From: a virus | Taxonomy: Duplodnaviria; Caudoviricetes | Direction: 5' to 3' (one strand) | IMG/VR virus record: IMGVR_UViG_3300027980_000078 | Location: 1 to 32,574 of that record | Length of the DNA: 32,574 bases | Shown: positions 15,659-26,539 of the stretch, piece after piece | Numbering within the stretch: the stretch's first letter is position 1 | Layout of the letters: every line of letters starts with the position of its first letter | Notes under the pieces: model-generated | Seen by the model: only the letters and a program-made list of their open reading frames with translations | Databases searched by the model: none | Told to the model about the DNA's origin: nothing | Position numbers and translations under genes: made by a program

Positions 15659-17917
15659 TTAATCTCTTATTTTATACTTAAATGTTATCCAGCCTCTATT
15701 ATAAGAAGAGCTGTTAAATTGAGTTTCGTCAAACTCTCCATCATCTTGTCTCGTTAACACAAAGTTAGTACTATTTATTGTTATTCCCTGATCTATAACT
15801 TCGGTGTCTGTAATAGAGCCTAATTGTGATGATTTGAAATCATACAAAGCAACTGGAACATCGTCTCTTATTATAACCTGAACATCCCTAATAGTAGGCC
15901 ACTCATTTGAATTAAGTCCATGAGCTACGTTTTTAGTTTTTGTATCATCCATAGTCCAATCTCCAATTTCAATCTCTTTATATGTATATCTTGGAGACGT
16001 AGTATCTGGTATAATATTATCAAATAAAATTAAATCTGACGGAAGGGCTGTTGCTCCATTTGTTTCAGAGACTTGCATCCCACTAACTCCAATATTGTTA
16101 TAAACAACAAAGCCTGTCATTTTATCTGTTTGAGTTAGGTAATATCCAATAGCATTACCAGAGCCACTAATAGAGCCCATTATATTATTCCTACCAACTT
16201 TAACATTATTAATACTTCCAGTAGTAACTACTGCGTTTATATATGAAGAGAAAAGGTAAAATCTACCAGTTACTTGATATATATCGTTACCATAAATATT
16301 TATATTATCCAAAGAGTCACTGCTTATAGTAGTGTACAGCGCAACAAGTCTGTTATGACTTAATCCCATTTCTGAGTGTGCCTCTACGTTGTTCATACTA
16401 TATACAGTATTGTTTCTAATCGTAATATTTTTTAATGGTTGAAACAATCCATATACAATAGGCCACTCGGTATCGTAAATAACCTCATTTTGAATAACTA
16501 TATTTTCTGGCCATTCTCCGTTATCTACGGATTGATAAATCCAAGAAGCATAGCTTTTTAATCCTCTATAAGTGTTTCCGTCTATAAGAACATCTTGTTG
16601 ATTAAGGAGTCTAATTACCGCTTGAGTTCTATTAGCATCGACTATACCGCTAAAATCAAAGTTGTTGTTATATATATGCCAAGTCTGACCAGAAATATAG
16701 CTTCCTTTATCATCTATAATAGCTGTATTATCAGTTCCTTGAACATTATATACAGAGTTATTTCCGCATTTTAAAGTTCCTCCAGAAATATATACAAAGT
16801 TACCAGCTAAGGTAGTTTCAGCCCCATCCAACAAGTTGTAGTGTATATTTAAGAGTCCTGTACACTGTGCTTGAAACATTCTAGCAGAATTAGACTTGTC
16901 TGTAACGTTTTGGTTAATTCCTTCTACTGAATTTGAATAAGCATTTATATTTGTAAAAGTAACCTGTGAACCACTAGACAAAGCCCGAACAAACCATCTA
17001 GGAGGAGTTGTTGAAGTGTTTTTGTAGACGTTCAATTCTTTTATAACACTATCTGAGGTATTGCTATCTCCAAAAATTAAAACGCAATTAGTAAGACTGT
17101 TTACGCTTAATGATATTTCGCTGCCAGCGATATCATCAGATAACTCCAATAGATAATTGTTTAATTCGTCTGCAACTCCATCAAATTCTGTCTTATTTAT
17201 AATTATTTTTTCAAAATCACTATCTTGTTTAAAAAACGAAGCATAGGTACTTGGTGTAAATAAAAAATGCTCGCCATAGAAATAAGTACACGTACTTGTA
17301 AATACATCAAACGCCGAATTAGTAATAATAGTACACCTATCCCCACGAACCCTTAATTGTCCTGAAATATTAATAGTATTAGAAATATAATATGACTTAT
17401 TAAGCATACTTACCGATACATTATTAGAAGCTGCGTAGTCAAACATTTTTTGGAGAGAAGATTTATCGTCTGTTACACCATCTCCAGCCGCCCCGAACAT
17501 TATCGGGTTTACAATATTTGCCCTTAATAAAAAATACTCCCCAGCAGTTGTATGAATAATATCAGCCCCATTATCAGCCCCAGGATTAGAACTAACTCTT
17601 TGATATATAGCTCCACCGTCGGAAGAATCATTAGTATATGAGTATGTTTTTACAAAAGAATCAACAGAAACAGTATTTAAAGGCATAGCCCTCAAATCAG
17701 ACAAAGTATTAAATATTCCTTCTGGTGTAATAGTAACAGATAGATTATAAGCATCTATTTTTCTAGTTTGACCAGAAGAAGAATCATATATAGGTATATA
17801 GTCTCCCTGTGATATACCAGTAATTTTTTCTACTAAATCATTTATTTCTTTAGAGTTCTCTACTAAAGACCTAATTGCTGATGTGTTATCTTTTACTTGT
17901 TGTTGATACGAACTCAT
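15659..17917 (-). CDS. Tail spike with pectate-lyase-like beta-helix (putative depolymerase)
   Basis: MFGAAGDGVTDDKSSLQ motif followed by Asn-rich beta-helix repeats. Confidence 0.8.
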   Translation of the reverse strand: MSSYQQQVKDNTSAIRSLVENSKEINDLVEKITGISQGDYIPIYDSSSGQTRKIDAYNLSVTITPEGIFNTLSDLRAMPLNTVSVDSFVKTYSYTNDSSDGGAIYQRVSSNPGADNGADIIHTTAGEYFLLRANIVNPIMFGAAGDGVTDDKSSLQKMFDYAASNNVSVSMLNKSYYISNTINISGQLRVRGDRCTIITNSAFDVFTSTCTYFYGEHFLFTPSTYASFFKQDSDFEKIIINKTEFDGVADELNNYLLELSDDIAGSEISLSVNSLTNCVLIFGDSNTSDSVIKELNVYKNTSTTPPRWFVRALSSGSQVTFTNINAYSNSVEGINQNVTDKSNSARMFQAQCTGLLNIHYNLLDGAETTLAGNFVYISGGTLKCGNNSVYNVQGTDNTAIIDDKGSYISGQTWHIYNNNFDFSGIVDANRTQAVIRLLNQQDVLIDGNTYRGLKSYASWIYQSVDNGEWPENIVIQNEVIYDTEWPIVYGLFQPLKNITIRNNTVYSMNNVEAHSEMGLSHNRLVALYTTISSDSLDNINIYGNDIYQVTGRFYLFSSYINAVVTTGSINNVKVGRNNIMGSISGSGNAIGYYLTQTDKMTGFVVYNNIGVSGMQVSETNGATALPSDLILFDNIIPDTTSPRYTYKEIEIGDWTMDDTKTKNVAHGLNSNEWPTIRDVQVIIRDDVPVALYDFKSSQLGSITDTEVIDQGITINSTNFVLTRQDDGEFDETQFNSSSYNRGWITFKYKIRD

Positions 17918-17920
17918 CTT

Positions 17921-19990
17921 TTATATTTTTAAATAACTTCCATTAACTATAATAAGACCTTCGGTAAATGCCTGGTCGCTTGTACTAGAAAGAGTCGTTA
18001 ATGCGTTTCTGTTTGTAATATACTCATTTGTCTTAAGAAGATTTACAGTTAACTTAGATAGATTTGTGTTCTCTACCTCCTCAATCTCAAAATTACCATC
18101 TTTAATATACCCCTCTTGATTTACAAAAAGATATTCACAAGATAAGGCTATCATAACTTTATATAGCATATCTCTAGTCATATAGTCAAAGACAAATGTA
18201 TTTCCATCTGTTAGTATAGAGGAGACTAACTGAACAGAGCTATCTCCTACGTTGTTTTCTGACTCATCTTTTATATATGGCTTTATATTCGTAAATGGAA
18301 CACGAATAAAATGTTTTATTCCGTAATCATAAAATATATCCCTATTGTTTGTATTATAATACTCAATAAGAAGACAGTCCTCTTGTAGTGTTTCCACATA
18401 AATATTTTCTGACTGAAGAATCCTTTGGTCATAATTTGAATCAGAAAAATCAATATATAAATCATGAATACCTATCCCATGAGAAGCAAAGGAAATAGTA
18501 ACATGATATACCTCGTAGTTCAATAAATCATATAAACTCTTTATTTGAACTTCCTGAAGTATTCCTGAAAAATTATAATTTATAACAATAACTCGCTTCT
18601 GTATTGTAGAATCATATACAATATCAACTATCTCATATATTCCATGCCCCATAACTCTAACGTATTGACCGACTATTCCATATTCTGGAATATTCCCATT
18701 GAATGAGTGAGTACCTATAACTAAGTCTGCTTCGTTATATATATTTCCTGTTGTAAAATATAAACCAGCATAACCAGTTCCGTAGTCATATAACCAGGCG
18801 TCGTGAGAGCCATATCTAGATAAATTAGAAGACTGTTGCTCTATTGTCAATTCTGTTTCTGATGTACTACCATCGCTTTCAAGCGTTCTTATAAAAGCAG
18901 ATATATTGTCATAATTAGATTTAAACTGTATTGTTATCTGATCGGTTAAATTATAAAGTATTTTTTCACAACTATATACATTTTGAATAGACCTCAAATA
19001 GTTAAATGAATGAGAATTTTTATCATTCTTCATTACATCGTTATCATCTGTGGCTTCTGGTTCTACGAAAGTTACTGAATTGGCTTTTGATATATATACG
19101 ATAGGAGTCCTTAACCCACTTTCACTTACTGTAATATCTTTTGATATTTTACAGCCAAACTGATCTCTTACATATACCGTATAGTTTCCGTCTGATAATC
19201 CTTCAAACTGACTTCCAGACTGCCATATTGAATCATCTAAACTATACTCTAATACAAGGGCTGGGTTTTCTGGTGGGTTGTAACTAGCGTCTGAGCCTCC
19301 GTATGGGTCAAAAAGAACATTAATAACAGTTCCGTTTATAGATGGATACGATTGAAACGTTAATGAGTTTTCTGATAAAGAAGCAAAGAAAAGCTTATTT
19401 GCTAATGGTGTTGGGTACTGAATATTAACAGACCCCTTTCTCATATAAACAACTATGGGTATTCCCCTTTGAAGGTCTACATCAAAATTTGTAGCATTTA
19501 CCGTTACCCACGAGCCATTATTTATTTTATACTCATCTGTTGTCTCTGTCGTTTCTATTGAATACCTTATAAAAGAGCATGGTGTTGGTTGAGAAACCGC
19601 CGCACCAGCTGTTACTAGTTCGTATGTTTCTTCGGTATCATTTGCGATAGTAACGGTAACAGCTCCGTTTGCATCTTCGTAGCTACCAAACTTCCATATA
19701 TTATCGCCAAGAAACTCAATAACAACCTCATTAGATGTTATTGTTATATCATATAATCCAAAAGAATTAAAATCATTAGCAAAAAACTTAGCAAACTCTA
19801 TTGCTGAGGCTTCGCCTGGTATAGCTGTCGGTGTTGGTATTCCTATATTACCTGTCTTAGCTCTAGTACCACTAATAAAAGTTTCTTTTTCTTCTACTGG
19901 GTTTGTATCGTCGTATAGTGTTCTTGTAAAACCAACAGCTTCATCTGCAGAAATATCAGAATCAAATAAGAATGTTATTTTTGAAGCCAT
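17921..19990 (-). CDS. Minor tail/baseplate protein
   Basis: 689 aa; Ig/SprB-like segment YSLD...WQSG..FEGLSDGNYTVYVRD..GC; tail module position. Confidence 0.7.
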   Translation of the reverse strand: MASKITFLFDSDISADEAVGFTRTLYDDTNPVEEKETFISGTRAKTGNIGIPTPTAIPGEASAIEFAKFFANDFNSFGLYDITITSNEVVIEFLGDNIWKFGSYEDANGAVTVTIANDTEETYELVTAGAAVSQPTPCSFIRYSIETTETTDEYKINNGSWVTVNATNFDVDLQRGIPIVVYMRKGSVNIQYPTPLANKLFFASLSENSLTFQSYPSINGTVINVLFDPYGGSDASYNPPENPALVLEYSLDDSIWQSGSQFEGLSDGNYTVYVRDQFGCKISKDITVSESGLRTPIVYISKANSVTFVEPEATDDNDVMKNDKNSHSFNYLRSIQNVYSCEKILYNLTDQITIQFKSNYDNISAFIRTLESDGSTSETELTIEQQSSNLSRYGSHDAWLYDYGTGYAGLYFTTGNIYNEADLVIGTHSFNGNIPEYGIVGQYVRVMGHGIYEIVDIVYDSTIQKRVIVINYNFSGILQEVQIKSLYDLLNYEVYHVTISFASHGIGIHDLYIDFSDSNYDQRILQSENIYVETLQEDCLLIEYYNTNNRDIFYDYGIKHFIRVPFTNIKPYIKDESENNVGDSSVQLVSSILTDGNTFVFDYMTRDMLYKVMIALSCEYLFVNQEGYIKDGNFEIEEVENTNLSKLTVNLLKTNEYITNRNALTTLSSTSDQAFTEGLIIVNGSYLKI

Positions 19991-19991
19991 A

Positions 19992-22163
19992 TTAAATATT
20001 TATAATTTTTTCATTTGCTCTTATAAACTCAAACTTGCCTGAGTTTTTTGGTTTTAAACTCATTAGATATCCCCTTTCTATTTCTCCAGTTTCGGCATTA
20101 GTCCATTCCATTTTAAAATAAGTATTTGGCACTTTTTCCCAAGAACCATTAATTAATTTTGGAGTTGTGTTTAATATTTCTTTCATAAGACTACTATCTA
20201 CTGGGTGTTGAAAAGATACAATTTCAGGAAGAAATCTAGCCCTTTCTAAAGAATTAACATCTACATCCTGCTCTTCAAGCAACTCTGCTGATTCTCCAAT
20301 AAAGTGCATTCCAAGAGTTGAGTTAGCTACTGAGCCTATGTTTTTTATTTTTTTTGTTAAGTCAATAGAGTTTTCTAAGCAAGAACGTAAAACAAACCCA
20401 TGTCTTAACAACATTCTAAGCGGAGTGAAAAGCATACTTTTAAATGTTCCTGGGCTTAATATACCGCTAGGTAGATGTTGTAGCCTATCGCTCCATATTT
20501 TCTGAGCGTACCTAATACCACTTGTTCGTTTCAAATCTACAAACCAATTATGAGAATCGCCAGATGTATCTTCATTTGGATAAGCAGACTGTGGTTTTCT
20601 TCTAATTATTTCAAGACCGTATTCGTCTGCCCTAATATCAGATAACTTGTTATATTTTTCATTAGACTTTCTAATAGGTGTTACAAAGCTTGTTTTTGTA
20701 TTTGGCTCATCAAGACCTATTTCGTTCTCATAATCCCCTCCTTTATTATATCCTATCTCTATCCCACTATATAGTAAGTTTTTTTCAACCTTTACCTCTG
20801 TGTTTACTGGTATTGGAAGTCTTACTACTGTTTCGTCTTGATAAAAATAACTTAGCTTTTCAACACGAAGCCTTTGCTCAAATCCAACAAACTCAACCCC
20901 GACTCCAGTACAAAAAACAGCATGTAAAGATTCTAATGTTTTCTTTAGAGAAAGCTGCATAGATTTATATTTCTCTGAATTTGGATTAAACATTCTTATC
21001 CAAAAACCACACGTTAAGGCTACTAAACCAAACTCTCCATCTTGAACATAACCAGCCTCTAGATTTCCAAATAATTTAGAATAAAATGCATTATTCCTAC
21101 CTGTGATTATTTGCATTAATCTCTCTAATGCTCTTACAACAAAAGAACATCTAACGCCAACGGAAGGCTCAAAAAACTCAACAGTATTAACTTGAAGAGT
21201 GTGCTTTTCACAGTCGATAAATAAATTTGTAGCAGCTTGATTTCTAAATAAGAAAACTAGCCCCTCATCATATTCTAAGTTGTCTTCAAAAACTCCAGAA
21301 AATTCATTTACAACATTACTTGACGTCGCTGTATATACTGTTGTTTCGTCTACAAGGTTGTACGTATCTACTCCGTCATACTTATACTTTCTAATAATAA
21401 CATCAACATCTCCTATATTGAATTTTCTAAAAACTATATGATAATTTACTTCTATATCAACATTCTCACCAGCAGCAACACTATCTACAAAAAACATATA
21501 GGTTGGTAAATCTCCACCAACAGCACCATCTTCTCCAGGAAATTCATATAAATCAACTGATGAGTGCCTAGCTGGACCTTGAGCTACAATTTCAGTTGGT
21601 ATTGTAATTCTTCTATCGTTTGTATATAGTGTATTTGGGTTTCTAACTATACTTTCTCCAGACGCAATAATATCTCTTCCGTCTATCGTCATCGTATTAA
21701 AGAAGCCAACACCAATATCTTTGCCATCAATACTATCTGATCTCTCTAGTTCAAACTCATCTGTTTCATGTGATTTTATTAACTCCTCAAGCTGATTAGA
21801 GTTGAAGTTTATAGATAGCTTTCCATCTTTAATTTTCATTGTTTTATAATCAGCTAGTCCTATATATTTTAACTGAGGCTTTATTACTCCATCAATATTT
21901 TCTAATTCATATTTGGTTAAGTATAAATTAGCATTAACACCACCTACCTCATAGTTGTAATATATATAGTCTTTTGCTTCTCCAACAAAAGATAGTGCAT
22001 TTGTAAATTGAGTAAATACGCCGTGATAGTTTTTATTTCTAACAACCTCAAGCTCATCATCTCTCCATCCTATTGGCTCTATACTTAGCTCTAAAGAAGG
22101 AGATGTGTCGGATTTTAAAGAAAACCCAATAAAGTCACTTTGATATAGATTTACATCGGCCAT
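19992..22163 (-). CDS. Tail tip/hub protein
   Basis: 723 aa directly after tape measure; EPIGW...RNKNYHGVF N-terminus recalled from Bacteroidetes siphoviruses. Confidence 0.7.
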   Translation of the reverse strand: MADVNLYQSDFIGFSLKSDTSPSLELSIEPIGWRDDELEVVRNKNYHGVFTQFTNALSFVGEAKDYIYYNYEVGGVNANLYLTKYELENIDGVIKPQLKYIGLADYKTMKIKDGKLSINFNSNQLEELIKSHETDEFELERSDSIDGKDIGVGFFNTMTIDGRDIIASGESIVRNPNTLYTNDRRITIPTEIVAQGPARHSSVDLYEFPGEDGAVGGDLPTYMFFVDSVAAGENVDIEVNYHIVFRKFNIGDVDVIIRKYKYDGVDTYNLVDETTVYTATSSNVVNEFSGVFEDNLEYDEGLVFLFRNQAATNLFIDCEKHTLQVNTVEFFEPSVGVRCSFVVRALERLMQIITGRNNAFYSKLFGNLEAGYVQDGEFGLVALTCGFWIRMFNPNSEKYKSMQLSLKKTLESLHAVFCTGVGVEFVGFEQRLRVEKLSYFYQDETVVRLPIPVNTEVKVEKNLLYSGIEIGYNKGGDYENEIGLDEPNTKTSFVTPIRKSNEKYNKLSDIRADEYGLEIIRRKPQSAYPNEDTSGDSHNWFVDLKRTSGIRYAQKIWSDRLQHLPSGILSPGTFKSMLFTPLRMLLRHGFVLRSCLENSIDLTKKIKNIGSVANSTLGMHFIGESAELLEEQDVDVNSLERARFLPEIVSFQHPVDSSLMKEILNTTPKLINGSWEKVPNTYFKMEWTNAETGEIERGYLMSLKPKNSGKFEFIRANEKIINI

Positions 22164-25100
22164 TAATTCCAGTAAGACATTTCATCCCGATAAGGATTGT
22201 ATTCATTTAATATTGATATTTTGTTATTTATTTTGGATTTTTTAAACCCATTATAAATAGACCCCTCAACTTTATCTAATAGAGATGTATAATCATTATT
22301 AGACAACTGTTTTCCATCCGTATATAGGTTAACCAACATAGACCTTCTAGCCATATCTTCAAAATTCTTATAAATAGTGTCTCCTTTTTTAAGTGGTACG
22401 ACTGCGTTTTCTTTTTCGGTAGTTAAAATTTTACCACCTCTTTCTATATATTCTTGAGCACCGCCATCGTTTATAAGACCTAACGTGTCTTTCAAAAGAT
22501 TATCTACTCCTTCTGCAAATTGAGGTATTGGTTGTAATGCGATTGTAGCTAGTTCAATAGCAGCTAAAGTTCCTACAATTTTTGCCAAAATCAAATTTGT
22601 TGGTGGTGGTGTTGCTAAAGCAAATGATACAGCTAAAGCTCCATTTATTGCTGCTTGAGCTAACGCTGCTGCTTTTTCTATCTTAGCCTGCTTTTGTCTT
22701 TCTTTCTTTCTTTTTTCCTCAAGCTGCTTTATTCTAGCTTCTTTGTTTCTTTCTAAAGCTGCTCTTTCCGCTTCGTCGTTTTGAGCCAACTCTATTAACC
22801 TGTCATATTTTTCTTCTTCTTTAGCTATCTCAGCATCTATCTCAGCTATTCTCCTATCGAAAATAACAGAGGCTAAATCAGAAATTGCAGATATAGCTTT
22901 TATCGCTTCTTTAGCCCAATTTTGCCAAGCACCCTCGCCAGTATATAGGTTGTCTTCTAAAGAATCATAAGTTTCTATGGTATTCTCAAGACTTTTTATT
23001 AAAGCATCAAAAGCTGCTCTTTCTGAATCTGTGTTAGCTAATGCTTTTTTTGCTTTTAATAAGGCTATCTGTCTTGATATTTCTTTATTAAAAAACTTGA
23101 TTCTGATTCTCTCTAACTCCCTAAGTGCTTCAACTTCATTGGAGCTTCCTTCGGCAGTCGCTTCTATTACGTCTTGTTGATTTCTTAACGCCTCATCTCT
23201 TTCTTTGTCTAATATTATTTTTCTTAATGCAAAGTCTTTTTCAATATTTCTAAGCTGCTCAACTCTAGCAAATTCATTTACTGTATTTATATCTGATTGA
23301 TATTTTTGCTCACTTAACAAATATTCCTCATCAGCCTTATCTTTAGCTGCTTTAACCGCAATTAAATATTGCTCGTGTTGCTTTTTATATCTCTCAGAAC
23401 CTTCATCGAACCTAGATAAAACAGCTCTCCATTTGGCAATTTCTTTTTCTTCGGCATCGGCAATCGCATTGTCTCTGTCTTGTTTTTCATAAAATGCTAC
23501 AAGTGCTAATGAGTTAATAGTTGATGTTAAAAGCTCTTCTCTTTGTCTTCCCCCAGAATGTTCTACCTCACTTAATTGTTTGTTTATCTTTATTCTTTCT
23601 TTTAGCTGAGCTATTAATAATCTATTTGTCTCTGTAAATTCAACCGCATACTTAATAGCTCTTTCGCTTCCACTAGAACCACCAATATCTAAGGGTGTAA
23701 CAGATACCCCAGACTCTACCAACTCTCTTAATTGTGCTACTAGCTCAATCTGTTTAAAGTATCTTCTTTCAACATAACTTAAGCTTCCTATAATTTTTTG
23801 ATATGTTTCTTCTGAGGTATCTCCTAATTTCTCAACAGCATCTATTGTATTTACAACAACTCCTAATCCACTAGCACTAAATGCAGCCTGAAGAGAGCTT
23901 AATAGGTCTGCGTCATTCCCTCCTGCCTCTATAAAGTCTTTTTTGGCGTTTTCAAGTATTTTTGTTTCTTCTTCTATTCTAGCACTAGCCTGAAGCTTCA
24001 TAACCTCCCCTATTGCTTTTTCTAACTTGTAATACTCATCTCTTAATCCAGATAGTATAGTTTCTTGTTTTTTGTATTCTTTTGAACCCTGTTTACCCTC
24101 TTCCGTAAGTTGTCCCATGGCTTTTCTGGCTTTTTGCATACGAGAGTTGATGTCGTCTAAAGAACCAGAAAACTTTTTATTAGCCTGAACTACTTCTTCG
24201 GCTGCCTTTTTTAATTCAGCCGTTACTTCTTTTGAGTATAGCCCAGAAATTCTAGTTGCTTTTTGCTGAGAACTTTCAAATAACTGAGTTAAAACTTCTA
24301 AATATTTCTCTGCGAAAGCTAGTAAACCACCTATTGTCTTAGATAGAACACTATCTCCTTCTGATATTGCTCTTACTAATTGCTGCCACTGTCCTTCCAA
24401 TTTTCCTATCGCAACAGATAGATTTTCAACACTTTCTAAACTTTCAATACCATAAGCTTTTTCAAGCTCATCTGCAAACTTGGGAAGAACCTCAGCAGAA
24501 AGAACCTCTCCTTTTTTCATCATCTTGTCCAGTTGAGGTATAGTAACTCCCATTGCTTGAGCCATAATACCCATAGCCCCAGGAAGACGCTCACCCAACT
24601 GTCTACGCAGTTCTTCTGTTGTAACCTTTCCTTTAGAAAGCATTTGCTCTAGTGCTAAATAAACACCAGTTAATTCATCGGTTCGTAAACCAAGAACGGC
24701 ACTAGCTTTTGTTACGGATTCAAATATGTTTTTAGTTTCTAAGAGAGTAAGTCCAGATTGTCTTGCTGCAGTTCTAAACTTCAACCACCTTTGAGTCGTT
24801 GAAATTAAAGAAGCCCCATACTTATCGTTTAGCTCTGTTAAAAATTGCCAAGACCTTCCTGTTTCAAACAAAGACTGGCTTGTTTGTTCTAGAGCATAGT
24901 TTAAAGACTGAAACTGTATTGTAAGGTTTACAATGCTTCTAATAGTTTGGACAATAATAGCAGCAAGACCTCCATATCCTAAAGCACCAGCCAAAGACCT
25001 TATTCCAGTAAATAATTGTTTTGTGCTTCTTGTCGCCTTAACAATACTTCTTGTGTTTTTTGTTTGAGCAGTAGTTGATTTCTCTATTGCTGGAGTAAGG

Positions 25101-25372
25101 GTATTAACGGCTGTTGTATTGCTTTTTACCGCAACCGTATTTCCTTTTAATTGTGTAGTGTTTTTTGATAAAGCAGAATTAAGGGTTTTTATCTTACCAT
25201 CTATATTTGATATAGCATTTCTTAGCCCTTGAATTTGAGTTTTTAAAGCATTAAAGGATTTGCCATCTGCTTTTGAAACCTTGCCTATAACAGTGTTTAG
25301 TTCAGATAATTCATTAATTAATTTGCGTACTTCTTGTACTGCTTCCTCTGTGCTAATATGGGCTTTTCCCAT
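22163..25372 (-). CDS. Tape measure protein
   Basis: ALEQMLSKGKVTTEELRRQLGERLPGA tape-measure motif, long coiled coils, C-terminal IPQFAEG. Confidence 0.95.
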   Translation of the reverse strand: MGKAHISTEEAVQEVRKLINELSELNTVIGKVSKADGKSFNALKTQIQGLRNAISNIDGKIKTLNSALSKNTTQLKGNTVAVKSNTTAVNTLTPAIEKSTTAQTKNTRSIVKATRSTKQLFTGIRSLAGALGYGGLAAIIVQTIRSIVNLTIQFQSLNYALEQTSQSLFETGRSWQFLTELNDKYGASLISTTQRWLKFRTAARQSGLTLLETKNIFESVTKASAVLGLRTDELTGVYLALEQMLSKGKVTTEELRRQLGERLPGAMGIMAQAMGVTIPQLDKMMKKGEVLSAEVLPKFADELEKAYGIESLESVENLSVAIGKLEGQWQQLVRAISEGDSVLSKTIGGLLAFAEKYLEVLTQLFESSQQKATRISGLYSKEVTAELKKAAEEVVQANKKFSGSLDDINSRMQKARKAMGQLTEEGKQGSKEYKKQETILSGLRDEYYKLEKAIGEVMKLQASARIEEETKILENAKKDFIEAGGNDADLLSSLQAAFSASGLGVVVNTIDAVEKLGDTSEETYQKIIGSLSYVERRYFKQIELVAQLRELVESGVSVTPLDIGGSSGSERAIKYAVEFTETNRLLIAQLKERIKINKQLSEVEHSGGRQREELLTSTINSLALVAFYEKQDRDNAIADAEEKEIAKWRAVLSRFDEGSERYKKQHEQYLIAVKAAKDKADEEYLLSEQKYQSDINTVNEFARVEQLRNIEKDFALRKIILDKERDEALRNQQDVIEATAEGSSNEVEALRELERIRIKFFNKEISRQIALLKAKKALANTDSERAAFDALIKSLENTIETYDSLEDNLYTGEGAWQNWAKEAIKAISAISDLASVIFDRRIAEIDAEIAKEEEKYDRLIELAQNDEAERAALERNKEARIKQLEEKRKKERQKQAKIEKAAALAQAAINGALAVSFALATPPPTNLILAKIVGTLAAIELATIALQPIPQFAEGVDNLLKDTLGLINDGGAQEYIERGGKILTTEKENAVVPLKKGDTIYKNFEDMARRSMLVNLYTDGKQLSNNDYTSLLDKVEGSIYNGFKKSKINNKISILNEYNPYRDEMSYWN

Positions 25373-26015
25373 TTTTCTGTCTTATTTCAAATTGTTCTTT
25401 ATCTAGTTTTTCGTAGTTATTCCATGTTATAACTGAGCATTTCTTAACATTTATAGAGTACCCTAACTCAAGGTTTTTAGAGAGTATTAATGCCTTCTTA
25501 TCTAGCTTTGTTAGTATAGTTATTGGCTCGTCATCATTATTGTTGTTATCTAGCTCTACATTATATTTTTTTTCAAATCTAATCGTTTTTATGTTAAGCT
25601 TGTTTTTTAAACCAGAAATATTGCTCTTTATCCTTGTAATTTGTGGGCTTATATCTATGTCACTACTAAACTTTATACCTATATCATTTAATAAAGATAG
25701 ATGTTCTACATATCCATATTCTTCATATAAATTGAATATTTTTTGAGCAATATCAACCTTTCCAGCTAGGTATATTATTTCAGCCTCTAGCTTTGTTTTT
25801 TTTAATTCTGCTTTATCGAAAATAACTTTTTCATACTCTGAGAATATATTTTCAAATGCTAATTTTAATTTTCTCTTATGTTTAAAGCCTAGAATCTCTA
25901 GCTCAGCATTTGTTTTTTTTTCAAAGTCCTCTATTAAGTATGTAAGTTTTTTTGTAGCTAAAAGAAGGGTAAAGTTATATATTGGGATAGTTGAGCAGCT
26001 TTGGTAGTATGTCAT
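25353..26015 (-). CDS. Probable tail assembly chaperone
   Basis: Immediately upstream of tape measure; helical; call from position only. Confidence 0.5.
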   Translation of the reverse strand: MTYYQSCSTIPIYNFTLLLATKKLTYLIEDFEKKTNAELEILGFKHKRKLKLAFENIFSEYEKVIFDKAELKKTKLEAEIIYLAGKVDIAQKIFNLYEEYGYVEHLSLLNDIGIKFSSDIDISPQITRIKSNISGLKNKLNIKTIRFEKKYNVELDNNNNDDEPITILTKLDKKALILSKNLELGYSINVKKCSVITWNNYEKLDKEQFEIRQKNGKSPY

Positions 26016-26491
26016 AACCTTATTTCAATATCGATATTTTCATTAAATTCTTTAGAGACTATGTTGCTAACTCTAGCTAAGGTTGTTTCTATCGATGTTA
26101 TTTCGTCTTGTGAAAATTCTAAAATACCCTCTCCATAACCTCCGAAGTGTTTTCCCTCGCCCTCTATAAGTTTTTTTGTCAGGGCTTTATCTTTATTGTC
26201 TAAAAGAAGGGTATTTGTCTCAAATTTAGTAAATAAATTAGAATACCACCCACCAGAATCTCTTAAAGTAACATGAGAAACTCTAGTAAATGCGCTTTTC
26301 TTTTTCTTTTTTATTGTAGAGGGGGCGTATTTCCCTAGAGACTTACCACGTCCATCTATTCCCTTTTGATAAAATCTTTGCTTTACACTAAATAACAATC
26401 TAGACTGCTCTTTTCTAAATTGTTCATTTATTTCTTTTTGAAGTACGCTATCAAAATTACGTAGCTTCATTATAAAAGCATTTAATTTCAT
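26012..26491 (-). CDS. Neck/tail-completion (virion morphogenesis) protein
   Basis: YAPSTIKKK...VTLRDSG motif. Confidence 0.7.
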   Translation of the reverse strand: MKLNAFIMKLRNFDSVLQKEINEQFRKEQSRLLFSVKQRFYQKGIDGRGKSLGKYAPSTIKKKKKSAFTRVSHVTLRDSGGWYSNLFTKFETNTLLLDNKDKALTKKLIEGEGKHFGGYGEGILEFSQDEITSIETTLARVSNIVSKEFNENIDIEIRL

Positions 26492-26499
26492 AAATAAAT

Positions 26500-26533
26500 A
26501 GGAAAATTACCGCCCTAAAAAATGGGCGGTAAT
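26500..26533 (-). terminator. Intrinsic terminator after major tail gene
   Basis: ATTACCGCCC (26506-26515) / GGGCGGTAAT (26524-26533), U-rich on the minus strand. Confidence 0.8.
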
Positions 26534-26539
26534 AATAAA

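Noticed and set aside
25353-26491. Lambda G/GT-type frameshifted tail chaperone pair
   Set aside because: The upstream gene looks like a neck protein and the genes are joined by an ordinary ATGA overlap.
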